From Methanothrix sp. (GTDB lineage: Archaea; Halobacteriota; Methanosarcinia; Methanotrichales; Methanotrichaceae): DNA of 26,240 bases. This document shows, in pieces, positions 15,897 to 24,898 of this stretch. The position numbers were made by a program, and so were the translations under genes. The notes beneath the pieces were generated by a model. The model had not been told where the DNA came from and searched no databases. It saw only the letters and a list, made by a program, of their open reading frames with translations. The DNA is taken from NCBI GenBank assembly GCA_040770465.1, contig JAXGJB010000039.1, forward strand, positions 1 to 26,240. Direction: 5' to 3'. Each line of letters opens with the position of its first letter. Positions within the stretch are counted from its first letter, which is position 1.

Positions 15897-17585
15897 TTGG
15901 GTGATTTGGTGGAAAATATGAAGGGAGCTCTGAGAGGAGAGACGATCGCCTACTTCTCGATGGAGATCGGCCTGGTGGAGGAGATCCCCACCTATGCGGG
16001 GGGGCTTGGAACCCTCGCCGGGGACACGGTCCGCTCCGGCGCCGATCTGAGGCTTCCCTTAGTCGCCGTAACCCTTGCGAACAGGAAGGGGAGCTTCCGG
16101 CAGGAGCTTGACCCGATGGGAAGGCAGATCGAGCATCCGGCGGAGTGGGACCCCTCAGAGCTCTGCGATCTTTTGCCGGAGAGGGCGCGGGTCAGAATCG
16201 GGGGGAGGGACGTTGACATCGCTGCCTGGCAGTACATTCTTAGTAGCCCCACCGGAGGCAGCGTGCCCGTCCTCTTCCTCGACACCAACCTTGAGGAGAA
16301 CGACCCTGAGGATAGGGCGATCACCGACGTTCTTTATGGTGGGGATGAACGGTACCGTCTGAAGCAGGAGATCGTCCTCGGAATCGGGGGGGTGAGGGTC
16401 CTCGACGCTCTGGGGTTTCGGATCAGAAAGTACCACATGAACGAGGGGCACTCAAGCCTTCTCGCCCTGGAGCTTCTAGATCGGGCCGGTGGTGATCCCG
16501 AAGCGGTCCAGAAGAGGTGCGTCTTCACCACCCACACCCCGGTGGAGGCGGGTCACGACAAGTTCTCCTACGATCTCGCCTGCGAATTGATCGAGGACGG
16601 CGACAAGATCGAGATGCTGAAGAGGTTCGGAGGCGGCGATCGGCTGAACATGACCCTCTTCGCCCTCAACCTTTCAAACTACATAAACGGCGTTGCAAAA
16701 AAGCACCGGGACGTCTCCAGCGCCATGTTTCCAGGCTACGTCATCCACTCGGTGACAAACGGCGTCCACTCCTACGCCTGGACCTGCCCCTCGTTTCGAG
16801 AGCTCTACGACCGCTACCTTCCGGGCTGGGCGAACGAGCCGGAGCTTCTGGTTAGAGTCGACATCATCCCCGACGACCTGATGGTGGAGGCCCACGCCGC
16901 CGCCAAAAGGGAGCTGATCGATGAGGTCAACAGATCGACGGCGGCTGATATGGACCCCGAGGTTCTGACTCTGGGGTTTGCGAGACGATCTACGGAGTAC
17001 AAGAGGCCTACCCTCATCTTCTCAGACCTCGACAGGCTCCGGAGGATCAGCTCAAGGGGCGAGATCCAGATCGTCATGGCGGGGAAGGCCCATCCGAAAG
17101 ACCTCCAGGGAAAGAGGCTGATCGAGGAGATCTTCGGTTTCGCGAAAAACCTCAAAGGCGATATCGAGGTGGCTTACCTTGAGAACTACGACATGAGCCT
17201 CGCGGCGAAGATGGTCTCTGGGGTCGACGTCTGGCTGAACACGCCGCTGCGGCCCCGGGAGGCCTCGGGGACCAGCGGGATGAAGGCGGCCCACAACGGG
17301 GTCATAAACTTCAGCGTCCTCGATGGCTGGTGGATCGAGGGGTGGATCGAGGGGGTGACGGGCTGGTCGATCGGCCCCGAGCCCGGCGAGGATCTGACCC
17401 CTGAAGAGGCGAGGCGGAGGGACACCGACGACCTCTACAGCAAGCTCGAGTACATCATCGTCCCCACCTTCTATAATCGGAAGGACGACTGGGTGAGGAT
17501 GATGAACAACTCGATAGGGATGCTCGCCTACTACTTCAACAGCCACAGGATGATGAGAAGGTACGTCACCGAGGCTTACCTCTGA
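15897..17585 (+). CDS. glgP: Alpha-glucan (glycogen/maltodextrin) phosphorylase
   Basis: AYFSMEIG, YAGGLG.LAGD, HMNEGH, FTTHTPV.AGHD, TNGVH, FARR..YKR, AGKAHP and the PLP-lysine motif EASGTSGMKA. TTG start follows a GGAGGTG RBS. Confidence 0.95.
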   Translation: MGDLVENMKGALRGETIAYFSMEIGLVEEIPTYAGGLGTLAGDTVRSGADLRLPLVAVTLANRKGSFRQELDPMGRQIEHPAEWDPSELCDLLPERARVRIGGRDVDIAAWQYILSSPTGGSVPVLFLDTNLEENDPEDRAITDVLYGGDERYRLKQEIVLGIGGVRVLDALGFRIRKYHMNEGHSSLLALELLDRAGGDPEAVQKRCVFTTHTPVEAGHDKFSYDLACELIEDGDKIEMLKRFGGGDRLNMTLFALNLSNYINGVAKKHRDVSSAMFPGYVIHSVTNGVHSYAWTCPSFRELYDRYLPGWANEPELLVRVDIIPDDLMVEAHAAAKRELIDEVNRSTAADMDPEVLTLGFARRSTEYKRPTLIFSDLDRLRRISSRGEIQIVMAGKAHPKDLQGKRLIEEIFGFAKNLKGDIEVAYLENYDMSLAAKMVSGVDVWLNTPLRPREASGTSGMKAAHNGVINFSVLDGWWIEGWIEGVTGWSIGPEPGEDLTPEEARRRDTDDLYSKLEYIIVPTFYNRKDDWVRMMNNSIGMLAYYFNSHRMMRRYVTEAYL

Positions 17586-17608
17586 ATATTGGAGATTTGG
17601 GTGGTCTG

Positions 17609-18349
17609 ATGTCTGAGACGAATTTCTGGAGGCTGATTCTGGTCGTCTATCTAGCCGTTCTAGCCGTCTATCTGGCCGCAACCCTGCCCCTGGCCCAGGG
17701 GGCGAATATCACCGTCTGCTCTGAGGGTTGCGATTACTCAAGCGTAAAGGCCGCCGTCTTCGCCGCAGCCCCTGGAGACGTCGTCATTGTCCAGAGCGGA
17801 AGGTACTACGATCATCTGAATATCAATAAAATGATCACCGTTAAAGGGGTCGATTCGGGGAGAAGCATGCCGATTCTCGACGCCACCGGAAGCGGTTGCC
17901 CCATCACCATATCCGCGGACGGGGTAGTCGTCGAGGGGATGAGGCTTCTGAACGGCGGCCCCAATTCATCCGGGATTCTCGTCCTTTCTGACGAGAACGT
18001 CATCCGAAACAACGACGCCAGCAACAATTATGTCGGAATCCGGCTCGTCGGTAGCAACAACAGCACCGTCCAGGGGAACTCTGCCTGCGGCAACCTGGAG
18101 TTCGGGGTGAGGCTGGACGGCTGCACCGGGAACTTGATCACGGGCAACCTACTTATCGACAACTTCCTCGGCGACGCCTTCGACGACGGGACGAACCGGT
18201 GGGACAACGACACCGTCGGAAACAGGTACGGCGACTTCGACGAGCCCGCCGAGGGCTGCGCCGACGAAGACGGCGACGGGATCTGCGACGTCGGCCGCGA
18301 AATTCCCGGCGGATCGAACCGGGACCGATTCCCTCTGGCGGGCGGTTGA
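17609..18349 (+). CDS. Secreted NosD-like parallel beta-helix (CASH) domain protein
   Basis: Signal peptide, TVCSEGCDYSS..AAV..A..GD...V..G.Y, GI.L..S.N..I..N repeats, and the methanogen-type tail NRWD...GN.YGDFD.....D.DGDGICD....IPGG.NRDRFPL. Start is 17597 (TTG) or 17609 (ATG). Confidence 0.85.
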   Translation: MSETNFWRLILVVYLAVLAVYLAATLPLAQGANITVCSEGCDYSSVKAAVFAAAPGDVVIVQSGRYYDHLNINKMITVKGVDSGRSMPILDATGSGCPITISADGVVVEGMRLLNGGPNSSGILVLSDENVIRNNDASNNYVGIRLVGSNNSTVQGNSACGNLEFGVRLDGCTGNLITGNLLIDNFLGDAFDDGTNRWDNDTVGNRYGDFDEPAEGCADEDGDGICDVGREIPGGSNRDRFPLAGG

Positions 18350-18431
18350 AATGGACCTGAGAGGAGGAATAAGAGGAGGAATAAGCGGGGAAGGGCCGGG
18401 GGAGGATAGGATGAAAGAAAGCTTGATACCC

Positions 18432-19736
18432 TCACCTGTGAGGGTCGATCTCCACCGGTCCCTCTGATATCTCCTCAAGCTTTCTCTCGAGATCAGCGAG
18501 GTCGCCGGAGAGCCGCTCCTCCAGGGCGGCGAGGCTCCTTTTCCGATCTTCGAGCTCCGCCTCCAGGGCCGGGATCTTCTGGCGAACCTGGTCTCGTTTC
18601 TCCCTCAGCCTTCCCGTCTCGCGGCCGCTTTTTGAGAGGCTTTCTTCGAGCTTTTCGATCTCTCTTGAGAGGGCCTGGTGGCGGGCTTTGAGGACCTCAA
18701 GGGGTCTATCCTCCAGGAGGTGGTCGATCTGCTCGATGATCCGATCCCGCTTCTTGTCCCGGAGGCCCAGAAGGTCCACCTTCGACTTCAGCTCCAGGAG
18801 CGCCCCCGAGACGTCACCCTCCAGGGCTCTGATCGGGGAGCCGGATAGAAGCTCAAAGACATCCCGATGCTGGAGGGCGATCCTGTCGCTGGAATCCTGC
18901 TTTACCGCCCTGGAGAGCGCCTTGGTGAGGGGGGCTACGAGGTCAGCCATGCTCATCTCGATCTGATCTATCTCCCGCTGCTTCTGCTCGAAAGCCCTCT
19001 TCTCGTCGAGGGTCCTCTTCCCCTCGTCGCTTCTGGTCCAGGTCTCTATCTCCTTCTGATGGCCCGTCTCCCTCTCCCTCAAGACGGCGAGGATCCCCTC
19101 GTCCTCGGATATCTCCGCCAGCAGGGCCTCCGCCTGATCCTGCGCCCCCTGGACCCTTGATGCGAGGTCGGCGGCCTCTCTGAAAGCGCCGAGGCTCGCC
19201 TCCCGCTCCTGGACTGCCTCGCCCATCTCCGCCAGGTGGCGGCTGATGGCTCCGAGGTCGGAGTTGATGGCATCCGCCTCCTGGGAAAAGAGGGCGGCGG
19301 TGTACTTCTGAGCCCGGCCGAGCTTCTGGACGGTGTTCTGAAGCTGCTTCAACATCGCCGAATGGTACTCCTTCGCCGAAGCGAGGTCCGCCCTGGCAGG
19401 AGGAGAGAGCCTCTCGGAGAGGACCCTCATCTGCCGCGCTACAGTCTCCCTGGTGGCTGTCCCGGCCTTGAGGAGCCGGGGCGGCGCATCCTCCCTCGGC
19501 ACTGCCTTCTCCAGGGCCAACAGGTCGCCATCGAACTCTCTTGCCACCCTCTCGATGGCGGCGTAAAGGGACCTCACCCTCTCGTCGAACTCCGGCTCCT
19601 GGGACCGGACCGCAAGCCACTCCTCGACGTAAGACAGGGCCAGCTTTGAGGGCGTCTCCGCCTCATCCTGCTGGCCCGGTCCGGCTTTCTCCTTCGAAAA
19701 GATCTTCTTCAGCCACTTCAAGGCCCATCCCACCAC
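18432..19736 (-). CDS. Hypothetical long coiled-coil protein (~434 aa)
   Basis: The E/K/R/L-rich heptad pattern begins at about (M)GWALKWLKKIF. The ORF-track extension to 20537 is antisense to sepS and is not credible. Start is approximate (GTG 19736 or 19733). Confidence 0.75.
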   Translation of the reverse strand: MVGWALKWLKKIFSKEKAGPGQQDEAETPSKLALSYVEEWLAVRSQEPEFDERVRSLYAAIERVAREFDGDLLALEKAVPREDAPPRLLKAGTATRETVARQMRVLSERLSPPARADLASAKEYHSAMLKQLQNTVQKLGRAQKYTAALFSQEADAINSDLGAISRHLAEMGEAVQEREASLGAFREAADLASRVQGAQDQAEALLAEISEDEGILAVLRERETGHQKEIETWTRSDEGKRTLDEKRAFEQKQREIDQIEMSMADLVAPLTKALSRAVKQDSSDRIALQHRDVFELLSGSPIRALEGDVSGALLELKSKVDLLGLRDKKRDRIIEQIDHLLEDRPLEVLKARHQALSREIEKLEESLSKSGRETGRLREKRDQVRQKIPALEAELEDRKRSLAALEERLSGDLADLERKLEEISEGPVEIDPHR

Positions 19737-19838
19737 TCTTATGCCAACTCTATCTGCCAAGACGGGATCGAGACGTATAAACCATCCGACCTTCCCGCTC
19801 CCAAAAGTCTTAAAGAGGGGCGGTCCAATCCCGCCCTC

Positions 19839-21452
19839 ATGAAGTTCGATCCAGCCCGCGTTCGGGAGGCTGCCGCCGAGGACTTCAACCTCGCCTGGCA
19901 GCAGGGAAAGGAGTACGTGGAGGTCCCGCCCTTGAACCGACGTTATCCAAGGCGCGTCTGTTCCTACGGCAGGCCTCATCCCATCTTCGATGTCATTCAC
20001 AGGCTCCGGGAGGCCTACCTCCGTCTCGGATTCGACGAGGCGATGAACCCATTGATCGTCGAGGATCAGGAGGTAAAAAAGCAGTTTGGAAGCGAGGCTC
20101 TTGCGGTTCTGGATCGATGTTTCTACCTCGCAGGCCTCCCTCGACCAGACGTCGGGATCTCCGATGAGCGAGTCAGTCAGATGAAAACTCTCCTCGACCG
20201 CGACCTCTCGGCCGAGGACGTCGACGGCGTCCGGAAGATCCTCCACGGCTACAAGAAGGGGACGGTGGAGGGGGACGACCTGGTCCACGACATCTCGGCG
20301 GCCCTGGATGTACCCGACGCTCTCGTCTCGACCCTCATCGAGGAGGTCTTCCCCGAGTTCAAGGCTCTCGCGCCCGTCGCCACGACCAAGACCCTCCGAA
20401 GCCACATGACCTCCGGATGGTTCATATCCCTGGGGAGCCTCGCCGAGAGGGCGACCCTTCCGGTAAAGCTGTTTTCCATCGACCGCTGTTTCCGGCGGGA
20501 GCAGTCGGAGGATGCGGCAAGATTGATGACCTACCATTCGGCAAGCTGCGTCATCATGGATGAGGACTTATCCGTCGAGGACGGGAAGATGGTCGCAGAC
20601 GGCCTCCTCAGCCAGTTCGGGTTTGAGAAGTTCAGGTTCTTCCCCGACGACAAGAGGAGCAAGTACTACGTCCCCGACACTCAGATCGAGGTCTACGCCT
20701 ACCATCCGGGCCTGGTGGGGTCGTCCACCAAGTACAATACGGGCTGGGTGGAGGTTGCGACCTTCGGGATATACTCGCCGACCGCCCTATCGATGTACGA
20801 CGTCCCCTACCCCGTCATGAACCTGGGCCTCGGGGTCGAGAGGCTGGCGATGATCCTCTACGACGCCACCGACCTCCGCGCCCTCACCTACCCCCAGTTC
20901 CAGACCGACCCCGACCTCTCAGCGAGGGATATGGCGATGATGATCAGAGTCGAGAGGGAGCCCGAGACCCAGGCCGGGATCGAGATCGCAAGATCAATCG
21001 TCAAAACCTGCGAGGAGAATGGTGACGCCCCCTCACCTTGCGAGTTTGAGGCGTGGAGGGGCGAGCTTTCAGGCTGCAAAGTCGTCGTAAAGGTGGTGGA
21101 GCCGGAGGAGAACACCAAGCTCTGCGGTCCCGCAGCCATGAACGAGGTGATCGTCTACAAGGAGAACATCCTTGGAATCCCCCACACATCCAAGTGGGAG
21201 GAGGCCTTCGAGAACGGGGTCACCACCGGGATGAGGTTCATCGACTCCTTCGCGGAGCTGGCGGCCCGGGAGGCGGAGGATGCGGCCCTGAAAGGAGAGG
21301 GGTCGGAGACGAGAGCCCGGATCGTGAGGAGCCCAGGGGATGTGAACCTGAAGCTTGATCCGGCTCTTGAGAGGTACATCACCGGCAGGAAGAGGAAGAT
21401 CGACGTCCGGGGGCCGGTCTTCACGACGATCAGAAGCGAGGTCGTCGATTAG
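19839..21452 (+). CDS. sepS: O-phosphoserine--tRNA(Cys) ligase (SepRS)
   Basis: MKFDP, YPR...YGRPHPIFD.I..LREAYLRLGFDE..NP, QFG.EA.AVLDRCFYLAGLPRPDVG, TLRSHMTSGWF, FSIDRCFRREQ.ED, VMNLGLGVERLAM, IDVRGPVF. Confidence 0.98.
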   Translation: MKFDPARVREAAAEDFNLAWQQGKEYVEVPPLNRRYPRRVCSYGRPHPIFDVIHRLREAYLRLGFDEAMNPLIVEDQEVKKQFGSEALAVLDRCFYLAGLPRPDVGISDERVSQMKTLLDRDLSAEDVDGVRKILHGYKKGTVEGDDLVHDISAALDVPDALVSTLIEEVFPEFKALAPVATTKTLRSHMTSGWFISLGSLAERATLPVKLFSIDRCFRREQSEDAARLMTYHSASCVIMDEDLSVEDGKMVADGLLSQFGFEKFRFFPDDKRSKYYVPDTQIEVYAYHPGLVGSSTKYNTGWVEVATFGIYSPTALSMYDVPYPVMNLGLGVERLAMILYDATDLRALTYPQFQTDPDLSARDMAMMIRVEREPETQAGIEIARSIVKTCEENGDAPSPCEFEAWRGELSGCKVVVKVVEPEENTKLCGPAAMNEVIVYKENILGIPHTSKWEEAFENGVTTGMRFIDSFAELAAREAEDAALKGEGSETRARIVRSPGDVNLKLDPALERYITGRKRKIDVRGPVFTTIRSEVVD

Positions 21453-21502
21453 TATTAGTTCTTGAGAATTAGGAATCGGGAATTTGCTGGAGGAGGATCG
21501 TC

Positions 21503-22195
21503 ATGGTCAGAACGCCGGATTCGAACGCCGATGAGAAGCGGGCCGCGGGGGAGGCCGCGGCGGAGATGGTGAGGGACGGGATGGTTCTGGGGCTTGGGAC
21601 CGGATCGACCGTCGCCTGGACGATAAAGAGGATCGGGGAGCTGGTGGAGGATGGGATTGAGGTTCTGGGGGTTCCCACCTCCTACCAGGCTCAGGAGCTG
21701 GCGATAGCCTCGGGGATTCCTCTCACAAGCCTCGACCAGGACCCAATCCTGGACCTGGCCATAGACGGGGCGGATCAGATCGCAAGGGATCTCACGACGA
21801 TCAAGGGTGGCGGCGCAGCCCACGCGAGAGAGAAGGTGGTCGCTCACTCGGCGACGTGGTTTGTGATCGTCGCTGATTCCAGCAAATACGTCGATTCTCT
21901 CAGCCACCCTGTCCCGGTGGAGGTTCTTCCCTTCGCCTCCAGGCTCGCGAAGAGGAGGATCGAGGAGCTGGGGGGCTCACCCCAAATCCGGCAGGCGAAG
22001 ATGAAGGACGGACCGGTGATCACCGACAACGGAAACTTCGTCATCGACGCCGACTTCGGGACGATCGAGGACCCCGGCGGCCTAGCGGCCCAATTATCGG
22101 AGATTCCCGGAGTCGTCGAGCACGGGATCTTCGATAACGTCGATGAGCTGGTCGTGGTCATCGACGGCGCGGTCAAGACCTTCCGCCGGATGTGA
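21503..22195 (+). CDS. rpiA: Ribose-5-phosphate isomerase A
   Basis: [50 protein letters not shown]. Confidence 0.97.
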   Translation: MVRTPDSNADEKRAAGEAAAEMVRDGMVLGLGTGSTVAWTIKRIGELVEDGIEVLGVPTSYQAQELAIASGIPLTSLDQDPILDLAIDGADQIARDLTTIKGGGAAHAREKVVAHSATWFVIVADSSKYVDSLSHPVPVEVLPFASRLAKRRIEELGGSPQIRQAKMKDGPVITDNGNFVIDADFGTIEDPGGLAAQLSEIPGVVEHGIFDNVDELVVVIDGAVKTFRRM

Positions 22196-22199
22196 GGGC

Positions 22200-23222
22200 T
22201 TGAGGACGATCTGGTGGAGCTCTGAGAGCCGGGCCATCGGGATGATCGACCAGACCCTCCTCCCCGAGAGGCTGGAGACGATCGAGATCGAGTCGGTCGA
22301 GGGGCTATGCGAGGCGATCCTCGCGCTCCGGGTCCGGGGGGCCCCGGCTCTTGGCGCAGCCGGGGCCTACGGCGTCGCCCTGGCGGCGGCGCAGTCGGCG
22401 GCGACCGACCCGGCGGCCCTCCTCCAAGAAGTCCAGAAGGCGGCCGAAATCATCCGGGCGGCGAGGCCCACCGCCGTCAACCTCTCCTGGGGCGTCGACC
22501 GGGTGATGGGAGCCCTGAACAAAATCAAAGAATCTGCCGACGCCGACGAGATCAGGGCGGCGGCCCTGGCGGAGGCGGAATCGATCGCCGAGGAGGACGT
22601 GGCCATCAACCGGGCCCTCGGCGACATCGGCGCGTCGCTCCTCGCTGACGGGGACGTGGTCCTCACCCACTGCAACGCCGGGAGGCTCGCCTGCGTCGGC
22701 TGGGGGACGGCCCTGGGCGTCATTCGATCGGCTTGGGCCAACGGCAAGAGGATCAGCGTCTACTCCTGTGAGACGAGGCCGCTTTTCCAGGGGTCGAGGC
22801 TGACGGCCTGGGAGCTGTCTGAAGACAACATTCCCGTCACCCTCATCTGCGACAACATGGCCGGGATGGCCATGCGCCAGGGCAAAATAGACAAGGTGAT
22901 CGTCGGCGCCGACCGGATCACAAAGGACGCCGTCTTCAACAAGATCGGGACCTACTCCCACGCCGTCCTGGCGAAGGCTCACGGAATCCCATTTTACGTC
23001 GCCGCTCCCATCTCCACCTTCGACCTCGATCACTCAGAAAAGGACGTCGAGATCGAGGAGAGGTACCCGGACGAGATCAGGCGTTTAGGAAACAAACAGC
23101 TCGCCCCGGCTGAGGTCAGAGTCTACAACCCGGCCTTCGACGCCACGCCCCTGGACCTGGTGACAGCGATCATCACCGAGCGGGGGATCTATCGGCCGCC
23201 GGAGATGCCGAATCTGGGATAA
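22200..23222 (+). CDS. mtnA: S-methyl-5-thioribose-1-phosphate isomerase
   Basis: TTG start at 22200 (MRTIWW), IDQTLLP, VRGAPALG, RPTAVNL.W, LTHCNAG.LA, ETRPLFQGSRLT.WEL, GADRI, NKIGTY, NPAFDATP. Confidence 0.93.
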   Translation: MRTIWWSSESRAIGMIDQTLLPERLETIEIESVEGLCEAILALRVRGAPALGAAGAYGVALAAAQSAATDPAALLQEVQKAAEIIRAARPTAVNLSWGVDRVMGALNKIKESADADEIRAAALAEAESIAEEDVAINRALGDIGASLLADGDVVLTHCNAGRLACVGWGTALGVIRSAWANGKRISVYSCETRPLFQGSRLTAWELSEDNIPVTLICDNMAGMAMRQGKIDKVIVGADRITKDAVFNKIGTYSHAVLAKAHGIPFYVAAPISTFDLDHSEKDVEIEERYPDEIRRLGNKQLAPAEVRVYNPAFDATPLDLVTAIITERGIYRPPEMPNLG

Positions 23223-23223
23223 G

Positions 23224-23236
23224 GCGAGTTTTTAAA
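23224..23236 (+). promoter_or_regulatory. Putative TATA box (gcgagTTTTTAAA) for the first pentapeptide gene, probably leaderless
   Basis: Ends 27 nt before ATG 23263. The same sequence with the same spacing precedes the paralog. Confidence 0.65.
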
Positions 23237-23262
23237 TTCTTTGCCATTGAATGCTAACACCG

Positions 23263-24843
23263 ATGGTAGCGGATAGCAGCTCAGACCAGCGCCAAGTGAT
23301 ACAGGCGAGCGAGATCCTGGCCAAGATCGAGCGGGGCGAGCCTGTCGAGTACGACTACAAAGTAATCGAGGGCGACTTGGATCTCAGCGGCCTCTATCTT
23401 CCAACGGAACAAGTAGGCAGAACAAAACAAGAGTTGCGGCAAGGATTGTCTGAAGAGCTGAAAGTGATAGCCTCAGAGATTACAATCATCAATTCAGAAA
23501 TTCGGGGTAAGGTAAACTTCAGTAATGCACACTTTCAGAAGACTGTCAGCTTTTGGGGAGATAAGAGCTTTAAAAGAGTTGAGTTTACCAATGATGTAGA
23601 CTTAAGAGGGGCACAATTTGATGGAAATGTCAATTTTGCAGGAGTTATCTTCAATTATGCCAACTTCATGTGGACAGAGTTCACAGGGGAAACCGACTTC
23701 GGTGGAACCAGGTTCAAAGGAGATGTCTACTTCTGGAAATCAGTGTTCAGCAGAGGGGCTAATTTCCTGCAAGCTAAATTCGGAAGGAAGGCCCGCTTTG
23801 GAGGAGCTCAGTTCAATGGGACGGCCAACTTCATGTTCGCTGAGTTTACTGAGTATGCGGGTTTTGGGGAAGTTCAGTTCAGCGGAAAGGCCAACTTCCA
23901 ACAAGCTACGTTTGGAGAAAAAGTATGGTTCTTAGGAGTTGTGTTCCGAGAAGATACGGACTTCATTGAAACTAAATTCAAAGGGGATTCCTGCTTTATA
24001 ACATCAACCTTCTGCAGAGATAACAAATTCATGGATGCCCAATTCGGTGGAAAGACGGACTTTAGAGAGGCTACTTTCCACAAAGAAACAGACTTCTCAG
24101 GTGCAAAATTTGACGCACAGATAAGTTTCATTAGATTAAAGTTTAATATTTTATATATTAATTGGGCTTCGATTAAAGATAATCTTGTTTATGATGGCCC
24201 TGCTTACTTAGCATTAATAAAAAACTTTAAAGTAATTGAGCAATTTGGAGACGCCGATGATTGCTACTATGCTTATCGAAAAGCGAGCCAGAATCAGAAG
24301 GAATGGTACAACGAAAAGAATAGATTAATTGATTTTCTTACCCGCTGTTACAGCTGGATAGCCTCTAACATTAAGCGAATCTCTGAATACCTTAGTTGGA
24401 TAAACAACTACCCTCCATTCACCTGGATTCATCGGTTTAACTGGTCCAAGCTTTTCGATTGGATCGGCTTCGTTTCCTGTGGATATGGTGTCAAGATACA
24501 GCCCATAATTCTGTGGGTCTTCGGCTCAGTCTTCGGCTTCTCGCTCCTCTACAATCTCCTGCCCCAAAGCTACGGTGGAATCGCAGAATCCGGACCCTCG
24601 ACCGTCACTATGGAGGCCATGAACAACAGCACGCTTCTTTTCACCTTCGGCTCGGGCGACGGCGCCGCCTCCCCCTCGTGGGGCGAGTGCCTCTACTTCA
24701 GCTTCACGGCGCTGACGGGCGGGACCCCCGACGGGCTGCATCCGGTGGGGCTCTGCAAGTACGCGGTGATGGTGGAGGGCGTCCTCGGGTATCTCTTCCT
24801 CGCGCTCTTCGTGGTGGTGCTGGCGAGGAAGATCATACGGTGA
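23263..24843 (+). CDS. Pentapeptide-repeat protein with C-terminal two-TM ion-channel-like domain
   Basis: N-terminal QASEILAKIERGEPVEYD, ~11-aa xxxFxxAxFxG repeats, ADDCYYAYRK helix, SCGYG, TM1, LYFSFTALTGG pore-like helix, TM2 (EGVLGYLFLALFVVVLARKIIR). Start is 23251 or 23263. Confidence 0.88.
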   Translation: MVADSSSDQRQVIQASEILAKIERGEPVEYDYKVIEGDLDLSGLYLPTEQVGRTKQELRQGLSEELKVIASEITIINSEIRGKVNFSNAHFQKTVSFWGDKSFKRVEFTNDVDLRGAQFDGNVNFAGVIFNYANFMWTEFTGETDFGGTRFKGDVYFWKSVFSRGANFLQAKFGRKARFGGAQFNGTANFMFAEFTEYAGFGEVQFSGKANFQQATFGEKVWFLGVVFREDTDFIETKFKGDSCFITSTFCRDNKFMDAQFGGKTDFREATFHKETDFSGAKFDAQISFIRLKFNILYINWASIKDNLVYDGPAYLALIKNFKVIEQFGDADDCYYAYRKASQNQKEWYNEKNRLIDFLTRCYSWIASNIKRISEYLSWINNYPPFTWIHRFNWSKLFDWIGFVSCGYGVKIQPIILWVFGSVFGFSLLYNLLPQSYGGIAESGPSTVTMEAMNNSTLLFTFGSGDGAASPSWGECLYFSFTALTGGTPDGLHPVGLCKYAVMVEGVLGYLFLALFVVVLARKIIR

Positions 24844-24859
24844 GGTGGGGCCGTCGAGA

Positions 24860-24872
24860 GCGAGTTTTTAAA
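24860..24872 (+). promoter_or_regulatory. Duplicated putative TATA box for the second pentapeptide gene
   Basis: gcgagTTTTTAAA ends 27 nt before ATG 24899, matching 23224-23236. Confidence 0.65.
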
Positions 24873-24898
24873 TTCCTCGCCATTGAATGGTAATAGCG

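Noticed and set aside
19737-20537. N-terminal extension of the 701-aa minus-strand ORF
   Set aside because: It lies antisense to the highly conserved sepS. The coiled-coil character starts only near 19736.
22200-23222. Link between mtnA (possible 5'-deoxyadenosine salvage) and the radical SAM island
   Set aside because: mtnA is in a host-like housekeeping run with sepS and rpiA about 8 kb away, so proximity is not evidence.
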